DNA of 64,000 bases from Octopus bimaculoides (taxonomy: Eukaryota): contig NC_068997.1 in NCBI RefSeq assembly GCF_001194135.2, positions 1,798,345 through 1,862,344 of the forward strand, written 5' to 3'. This document shows positions 55,394-64,000 of the stretch, in pieces (the first letter of the stretch is position 1; the number at the start of each line of letters is the position of its first letter). The notes beneath the pieces were generated by a model, which was not told the origin of the DNA, made no database searches, and saw only the letters and a program-made list of their open reading frames with translations. The position numbers and the translations under genes are program-made.

Positions 55394-55580
55394 GTGTCCG
55401 GGGAGAGTAATTCTCTTTTAGTGCATTATTACTTAACACACTCACCGGTTCGATGACTATTGAAGAGATTGCACGGCGTAACAATTTTTTAGATAAAATA
55501 AAAAAGTAAATGAGTGGAAATCGAACTGGGGACTGTGTTAAGTAATAAGGCACTAAAAGAGAATGAGGCTCCCTTGACAC
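55394..55580. mobile_element. Small MITE-like inverted-repeat element
   Basis: ~60-bp arms: gtgtcc...ttctcttttagtgcattattacttaacaca...ggttcgat vs atcgaactgg...tgtgttaagtaataaggcactaaaagagaa...gacac. Confidence 0.7.
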
Positions 55581-56102
55581 AATAATATATATACACATAC
55601 ATACATACATGCATACATACATACATACATACATGCATGCATACACACACACACACACACATATATNNNNNNNNNNNNNNNNNNNNNNNNNNNNNNNNNN
55701 NNNNNNNNNNNNNNNNNNNNNNNNNNNNNNNNNNNNNNNNNNNNNNNNNNNNNNNNNNNNNNNNNNNNNNNNNNNNNNNNNNNNNNNNNNNNNNNNNNNN
55801 NNNNNNNNNNNNNNNNNNNNNNNNNNNNNNNNNNNNNNNNNNNNNNNNNNNNNNNNNNNNNNNNNNNNNNNNNNNNNNNNNNNNNNNNNNNNNNNNNNNN
55901 NNNNNNNNNNNNNNNNNNNNNNNNNNNNNNNNNNNNNNNNNNNNNNNNNNNNNNNNNNNNNNNNNNNNNNNNNNNNNNNNNNNNNNNNNNNNNNNNNNNN
56001 NNNNNNNNNNNNNNNNNNNNNNNNNNNNNNNNNNNNNNNNNNNNNNNNNNNNNNNNNNNNNNNNNNNNNNNNNNNNNNNNNNNNNNNNNNNNNNNNNNNN
56101 NN

Positions 56103-56148
<46 letters not shown>

Positions 56149-56265
56149 TATATAAACACTCGTCTACATGTGTGTGCGTGTGTTTGTGTGCGTGTGTGCG
56201 TGTACTGGAAAAAGGATATATGTATTTGCATCTGGACATTTTTCGCATCGGAGGTCGGCAATTGT

Positions 56266-56310
56266 CATACGCTGAGGACGGGTAAATACCCAGAAACTCT
56301 AGTCCGTACG
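56266..56310 (+). ncRNA. Minimal type I hammerhead-like motif
   Basis: CATACG-CTGAGGA-C GGGT aaat ACCC A-GAAA-CT ct AG-TC-CGTACG: intact core, 4-bp helix II, near-palindromic helix III, GUC site, helix I 5/6. Confidence 0.65.
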
Positions 56311-56481
56311 TATCGCAGATCAAGATGGGAAGGATGACTTCCCTTTGCAAATACAGGCAGGGCACAGATGTGTGTCGATAGCCAGCTGGAGGAGATGTTC
56401 TCCTGGGGCTAAAAGCAACAGTAACATCCACCCTTAGGGGTTAGCCACATTTAAGTGGCAAATATACTTCACCTATATATA

Positions 56482-56788
56482 TATAATTTGAGTGGAGGCA
56501 ATACGAGCGGAAAACTGGAGGGACATGACCTATTATCCAGCAGAATATACAATATATATGCACACATCTACATTAATAAAGCGGCATAAAAGCTCAACAT
56601 AACAAAAGTATTAATAAGATACAAGCATATAGACATATGCATATTTTTATAAGCCCGCAAATATCTAAACATATTTTTATACCGCTTTATTAATGTCGAA
56701 GTAAGTGTGCATATGTATTGTATATTCTGCTGGATAATACGTCATGTCCTTCTACTTTTCCGCTCGTATTGCCTCCACTCAAATTATA
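56482..56788. mobile_element. MITE with ~110-bp TIRs and TA at both ends (Tc1/mariner-type)
   Basis: tataatttgagtggaggcaatacgagcggaaaa... vs ...ttttccgctcgtattgcctccactcaaattata. Confidence 0.85.
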
Positions 56789-57185
56789 AATTGGAACTTA
56801 GCTCAACTTGAGCACTTCGAGTCTAGCCTGTCTACGAGTATTGTTAATTAATAACAATATCAATAAATTAATATAATTTATATATATNNNNNNNNNNNNN
56901 NNNNNNNNNNNNNNNNNNNNNNNNNNNNNNNNNNNNNNNNNNNNNNNNNNNNNNNNNNNNNNNNNNNNNNNNNNNNNNNNNNNNNNNNNNNNNNNNNNNN
57001 TATATATATATATATGTAAGTTCAACAAAGGGATAAAGACAAAAAACAATAACAAAAAACAACAACGTGAGGACGTGATACAGATAGTGTTAATAGACGC
57101 TCGGGAAAGGAATATATATATATATATATATGTACATACATACATACATACATATATAAGCTCACCGCCTTTGTATATATATACT

Positions 57186-57622
57186 AAGGCGGCGAGCTGC
57201 TGCCAGACCAGAAACGTTAGCATGCAGGGCGAAATGCTTAGCGGTAATTCGTCTGCCGTTACGTTCTGAGTTCAAATTCCGCCAAGGTAGACTTTGCCTT
57301 TTATCCTATCGGGGTCGATAAATTAAGTACCAGTTACGCACAGGGGTCGATGTAATCGACTTAATCCCTTTGTCTGTCCTTGTTTGTCCCCTCTATGTTT
57401 AGCCCCTTGTGGGCAATAAATAAATTAGAAACGTTAGCACGCCGGGTGAAGTGTTTGCGGTATTTTGTTTGTCTTTATGTTCTAAATTCAAATTCCGCCG
57501 AGATCGACTTTGTCTTTCATCCTTTTGGGGTCGATATATTAAGTACCAGTTGCGTATTGGGATCGATCTAATCGACTGGCCCCTTCCCTCAAAATTTCAG
57601 GCTTGTGCCTATAGTAGAAAGG
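57186..57622 (+). mobile_element. Two tandem SINEs of family B (57186-57424, 57425-57622)
   Basis: Each has gttc..a.ttcaaattccgcc..g.t.gactttg.ctt..atcct..ggggtcgata.attaagtaccagtt; the 3' tails differ. Confidence 0.85.
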
Positions 57623-57682
57623 ACAAATACATAGATACACACACACACACACGCATACACACACAGACACACACACAGACAC

Positions 57683-57793
<111 letters not shown>

Positions 57794-58119
57794 TGTATGA
57801 TACATATATACATACATATATATATGGTCATATATATAATCATAGAGGTGAATCCTCAGATAAAATGATTTCAATAAACGTAGACACGCGAAAAGGACAT
57901 AGATAAGTGTGTGTGTATAGGAGGGGTTAAATTTAATTTACAGCGGGAGAAATAAAATGTAGTAGTGCAAAGTATATACATTTTTTCCTATTTATGGAAG
58001 TAAATATATAGCAGTTACACAGGAGCTAAAAGTATCGTGCCAAAACACCTGCCACACAAATTGATAAGTGGCTTCTCACGTCTTTGAGAACTAACATTTT
58101 CAAAAAAATATATAAAATT

Positions 58120-58186
<67 letters not shown>

Positions 58187-58285
58187 TTCGTATGTGTATG
58201 TGTATGTGTATTACCGGCATAATGCCTCTCCCAAGGTTTAATTGTATATATATATATATACATACATTTATATATATATACTGTA

Positions 58286-59184
58286 TATAAGGATTGCTGT
58301 GAATATATTGTCGTCTAAATTACGTAAAAAAGAAAATAACACTGACATCTCATTTTACCAGATATATTTACCAAAATTACATAATATCTTGAAAGACTAA
58401 AAGGTACATTTATTCAATAAAATCGCCATTGGCTTCACCCACGGCTTCCAGACGACTTCGGAATCTCCTGCAAATCTTCTAAACGGTCTCCTTGCTTAAG
58501 TCGGTGAATGCTGTCATAATCCTTGCCGACAGTTCATCTTAGGTGTTACAAGGAATTTTGTTAGTCTCTCGCTCAACTGCGCACCACACATAATAATCAA
58601 GGTGGTTGAAGTCTAGGGAGTTAGGTGGCAAGACGTTAGGGGTGATGTGGACACTGAAATTCTCTGACAGCCATGATTGTGTTCTCTTGTTCATGTGATA
58701 AGGTAGTGAGTCCTGTTGCCAGACATAAAGTCTTCCAGCAGCTACCCTCTTGACCTAAGGTAGTACTATACCCTCTAGGCACTTGATGTAGGCCTTAGGC
58801 CTCCGTGTTGAGTAAGAGGGCGTGTGGGTATATGAATAGAGGTATAATTTCGCCATCACTAGTGATCACTCTAAACACCATGATATTGACTAGATGTTTG
58901 ATTTTTATCACACTCGGTACATGTTTTGGGGACACGACAAGCCAACGGTTTTCTGTGTGTTCATCATCTGTTCGTATTGGAGCTTCCGGCGCGAATGCCA
59001 TGCAGTATAGAATATCGTTTCCAAATTTCTGGCAGACTGATTTGCGTGATGGTGGTGTTTTTTTCTCACAGACGATGCCCAACTGATACTACTATATTGT
59101 GTTGTCGAGAAAATCAAGGCAAGCAACGCGCTTGCGCGAAATTAAAAATATGAAATGGCGATAGTTTACCCATCGCAACTTGTA
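58286..59184 (-). mobile_element. Internally deleted DD37D (maT-type) Tc1/mariner transposon
   Basis: WQQD-SLPYHMNKRTQSWLSENFSVHITPNVLPPNSLDFNHL-DYYVW has 37 residues between the aspartates; the N-terminal LPEIWKRYSILHGIRAGSSNT joins directly to NRWLVVSP; diverged TIRs at both ends. Confidence 0.9.
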
Positions 59185-59201
59185 TATGTATGTATGTATG
59201 C

Positions 59202-59252
<51 letters not shown>

Positions 59253-60025
59253 CACACGCACGTTCACGCATACACTCACACACACATATGGTCGAGTGCT
59301 TATATATGCATATATATATATACATATGTATTGATGTGTAGATGTGTATCCGTGCACATATATGCTTTTGCCTATTTGCATGTAAATACGTGCATGATTT
59401 AATGTTTTTTTGTTGATATCATTATACAATATTTATTTGCGTACAGGACGAAAATTGAAAATCACCTCAAAACTAAGGGCTGTTTCATATACAAAATCTG
59501 AATCATAACTTTCTGTGGTTTAGAGTACCACCAATGTCAACAGAGATCTGTGTAAAGCACTCGCATAAATCCAATGGTTCTGCAGCACAGTAATTTCCAC
59601 TGGTCTTGGACATATCGATGGATAACAACGTAAATCACTCGGAAAGATCCAGCAATCGTTTGTCAATCAAAGCATGTGTGACGTGAACATTCGTACGATT
59701 ATTCACTGTCATTCGTGCCTAAATCAAGACCAGACCTTCGACCATGTATGCAGCCAGGAAAATTTGTATTTGCTTGTACAAATATGTTGGTGTTTGCTAA
59801 AGTGTACTCCTCTCTTTAATTTCGGGTACAATACGATTTGATTTACCGTTTCCCTTGTTCTCTAATTTTATCTTTAATTGTGCCGCTCAATTAAGGTCCC
59901 TGTTAGTTTATATGTTTACATTTATGTGTATTGACAGTATTAGAGCATTTTAGCTCTTATTTCTAGCAATGTACATGTTTCTAACATCCTAGTCACATTT
60001 AGTGACAATTATACATACATATATA

Positions 60026-60701
60026 TGTCTTGGCGATACTTGCTTAGAAGCTTACACACAGCTTCAGAAAGTGTATGGAGTGGAGTGTATGAGCCACATA
60101 CAAGTGTACGAGAAGTTCAGACGATTCCAAGATGGCCGAAAAATGTCGATATTGAGAAAAGTTCTGAAAGACACGCAACCAGCAAACGGAGAGAAACATC
60201 GCGGATGTGCGTGCAGCTGTGAGGGAAAATTGTCGAGGCACCATCCATGAGTTATCACAAGCTGTGCAGATTAGTTATGGCTCAGTTCAGTTCATTATCA
60301 CTGAAGATTTGGGTATCAGAGTCTGCCAAGTTTATGTCAAAACCCCTTTTAGCTGACCAAGAAACACTCCGGTTTCAGTTGCTCAAGATCTCGTTAATCG
60401 TATCGAGAACGATCAAATATTTTTGAAAACTTTGCGTGGGCCTCTGAGCAGGTATCGCTAAGCTATTGGCAAAATTTGATGCAGATTCTCTGCTCAACTT
60501 TCTCTTTCGTGGTAAATGCGACCATCATACGCTGCACACATTCCTTCCAAGCACAGTTGTAAACTGCGGATGTGAGCTAGAAAGTTAAAACTTAGTATGC
60601 TTGCACAGTAGAGTTTAATGTCAATCTGTGCTAAGCGGTTTCAATCTGCGTGCTTTAGCTTCGCTACTATGGCAACAATCCGGATACGTATTGATCATAC
60701 C
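60026..60701 (+). mobile_element. Second, 5'-truncated copy of the double-5'-end mariner derivative
   Basis: Colinear with 34770-35426 including the junction into the inverted 5' end; ends caatccggatacgtattgatcatacc. Confidence 0.85.
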
Positions 60702-60714
60702 AAGTATATACATA

Positions 60715-60801
<87 letters not shown>

Positions 60802-61952
60802 GACGGGCTTCTTTCAGTTTCGGACTACCAAATCTACTCACAAGGATTTGGTTGGGGGACCGAGACTATTTTAGAAAACAGTTTTCGAAGGTGGCACGTA
60901 GCGGGATTGAACCCAGAACCATGTGGTAGGGAAGCAAACTTTTTGCCATATAGCCACAACTCTATATTATTCTTCCCTTGAGAGAATGGATCTCGAAGCG
61001 CATAAAACTATAAATAATAGCATGTAAATCTTAGGTCGAAAAATCCTTTTGGATAGAACGATTCGAAAGTAACAATTGAATTTCTCTACCCTAAATTTTT
61101 TTCGAGCCAAGATTTAGATGCTACTCCTAGCATTATTCGTTTCTTGATCCACCGTTCCAAAAAGAATATTCCTGTTCTTCCGAAAAGAGGAGCACGATCT
61201 AGCAAACACCAGCATATTTGGACAAGCAAAGACAAGTTTCCCTGGCTGCGTACATGATCGAAAGTCTGGTCTCAATTTGCTGTCATCGTACGGATGACAG
61301 AGTGAAATCATACGAATGTTCACGTCACACATATTATGATGGACAAACGAATGTTGGACGGATAAATTGTCTTAGAAAAGCCTAAAATCTAATAAAGGGA
61401 AAATTACTGATGGAAAAATGATTTCGAAGACAATTATTTGATATGCACTCATCCACAGATCTCTGGAAAACATTGTGCAGAAGCCACTCAAAATTGCAGC
61501 TACCAAAAGCATAAACCACTCCTAAATTATACACACTCAATTATATGGACACTATCTCTTCCAGAGTCCCGAGACAAATACCTTATCAAAACCCCACAAC
61601 ATAGTAACAAGATCCCTGGCCTGATGAGTGCCAACGTGGTTATTGACCAGTATGTTTTTAAGTGCAACGTTGTAGATCAATATTACTTCGTTATGGTTAC
61701 CAACGGAACCTATAAGAATACAACCAAACACTTAACACCTCATTCATCATGTTAGAAATAATAATCACGTCTCCCTCAAAATAAGCGTCACCAACATAAG
61801 AAACAGCTCATTGGATAACTTATTTGAGGGAGGCTGAAAGCAAACAGCAGACTGGCCATAATTAAAATGGTGACAGGCTTGATCAATCAAGGCTTGCCAA
61901 GGACTAGACAATAGTTGTTGAACAAAGACAACAAAGGCATGTATTTGCGCGC

Positions 61953-61997
<45 letters not shown>

Positions 61998-62601
61998 CGT
62001 ATTGTAGCTCGATCTGTTTGATATAGCAGCCAAATCATAGCCATTAAATACATTCAATATTAGTGTGGATTACAAAAAAAAAAAAAAAGACAAGTTTTTG
62101 AGGAATCGCATATGATTCAGCGCAGGTTTGTGGGATAAGGGGTTAAAAAGAACGACTAGAACACTACTAACAACATTATCAAATCTAATACAACCACCAC
62201 CATCACCACCACTGCAACTACCTTCAAAACACCACCATCAACAGAACAGCCAAACAGCCACAACATGTCAACATCACCACCGCCATAACACCATCTGCAT
62301 CACCATCTCAGGTAATTCTATATGCTGCTGTTATGAATATTGATTTTGTCACCTCATCTAGTTGTGTGTGTGTTTGCGTACGTGTGCCTCTATGTGTGTG
62401 TGTGTGTGCTCGTGTGCATAGTTACGTGTGCTTCGAGGTTATTCTCTGGCTGTGAGATATTCTTGCGTATGTTTCCGTGTATCTATGCGTGACATACAGA
62501 CATGCACATACATACACACTGTGTGCATACATGTACTTAAATATATATGTGTGCGCGCGTGCGGGTGCATGCCTGTATGTTAGTGTGTGTGTATATACAC
62601 A

Positions 62602-62639
<38 letters not shown>

Positions 62640-62759
62640 AACAAAATCTGAGTCATCCTTCGTTGTTTAAGCCTCGTTCAAACATGACCAAGCATTTCTG
62701 CGATCAAAGCCGCTTCAGCTGGTTGCTATTTCTAGCAGGTTGAGCGACCAAGTAGAAGC

Positions 62760-63370
62760 TTCTTAATATCAGTGGTCGTCGTAATGTTGATGGTGATGAG
62801 GGAGGGGTGGGTGTTGATGAGGTAATTCTAGCGGCGACGGCGTTTATTGTGTCGATACTAGAAGTAATGGTTCGCTTTGGTGGTTGTGGTGGTATTGATG
62901 GTAATGCTGGTGGAGGTACTAGTACGGTGATGGTATCGATATTAAGAATAGCGGTGGGAGGTGTTTCACGATGGTGGTGGCGTTTCTAGCGCTAGCTATG
63001 TATGTGCTCGTGGTGGTGGCGTCGGTAGTAGCGTTAATGTTTCTGAGTGTGGTGGGGGATGTGGTTACGTCGATGCTTGAGATGGTGGTGATGTAGTTTT
63101 GGTGGTAGTGCACATATCTTCAATAATGGTAGTAGTGATGTTGTATGATGGTAGTGCCCATATCTTTAAAAACAGTGGCAGTCGTGGTGATGGTGGTGGT
63201 GTGGGTTGATGCTAGTGCCCATATCTTTAATAATGGTGGTGGTGGTGGTGGAGGGTGAGGAGGAGGAGGTGGTGTTGATGGTCGTAGTAGTGGTGATGTT
63301 AATGGTGGAGGTAGCGGTGTGGACAGTAAGAATAACAACAACAACAACAACAAAACCAACAACAACAACG
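62760..63370. repeat. Degenerate (GGT/GAT)n low-complexity tract
   Basis: GGT/GAT-rich with three copies of tagtgc.catatctt.aa; no sustained reading frame. Confidence 0.7.
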
Positions 63371-63487
63371 TACACAATATATAATGTTAGAAATAACGTT
63401 TATCAGAAATTGTCAGGTTTCGATAAGTGAAAGGTTTTAATTGATTTTAACTATACAGACGTACATAAGTGTGTGTATAAGGATGTT

Positions 63488-63547
<60 letters not shown>

Positions 63548-63586
63548 TAAGTATGTGAGAATGTGCGTGCGAGCGTTTGGTTGTGT

Positions 63587-63622
<36 letters not shown>

Positions 63623-63926
63623 ATAAGCCGAGTTAATAACTACAATGGACTACTCTGAGTATTTAGACTCGGCACGTGATTGATATGCAAATAGAAAAAA
63701 ATATATTTTCCTAGTGCCAATGTCAATGGAAATTAGCGATACATACAGAACTGGGGCTGGAGGCATTGGCTTGGAAAATGAAACCAGTTAGAAAACATAC
63801 AATGCTTCCACTTTGTGTGTGTGTATGTGTGTGTGTGTGTGTATGTGCGTGCGTATAAGTGTATGAGTGAATGTTTCTGTAAGTGTCTACGCACACATTA
63901 TATATATTTACATAACTACAACTGCC

Positions 63927-64000
<74 letters not shown>

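Noticed and set aside
62760-63370. Mucin-like Thr-rich exon with KDMGT repeats on the minus strand
   Set aside because: Frames are broken by stops and shifts; consistent with a decayed (ACC/ATC)n tract.

Overview
AT-rich, gapped (many N runs, mostly next to microsatellites) animal genomic DNA, probably from an octopod cephalopod, judged from recalled tRNA-derived SINE families and microsatellite load (inference). No intact protein-coding gene is recognisable; most listed ORFs are microsatellite or N artefacts. The window is mostly decayed mobile DNA: Helitron fragments (8.0-11.6 kb), a decayed Naiad-type Penelope-like reverse transcriptase in a 3.5-kb unit with inverted ends and a 63-bp tandem array (14.6-18.1 kb), three R4/Dong-like LINE 3' ends stacked in a (TAA)n tract (21.9-24.1 kb), Tc1, DD37D/maT and mariner derivatives, MITEs and at least three SINE families. 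The most notable signal is RNA-level: nine hammerhead-ribozyme-like motifs read by eye, from about five unrelated repeat families. They include a ~310-340-bp tandem repeat with one type I hammerhead per unit (retrozyme-like, 29.2-29.9 kb), a three-copy family with a variant core (CUGUUGA plus an extra A), and a fold-back element with one hammerhead on each strand. All alignments and folds were done by eye; none was computed.
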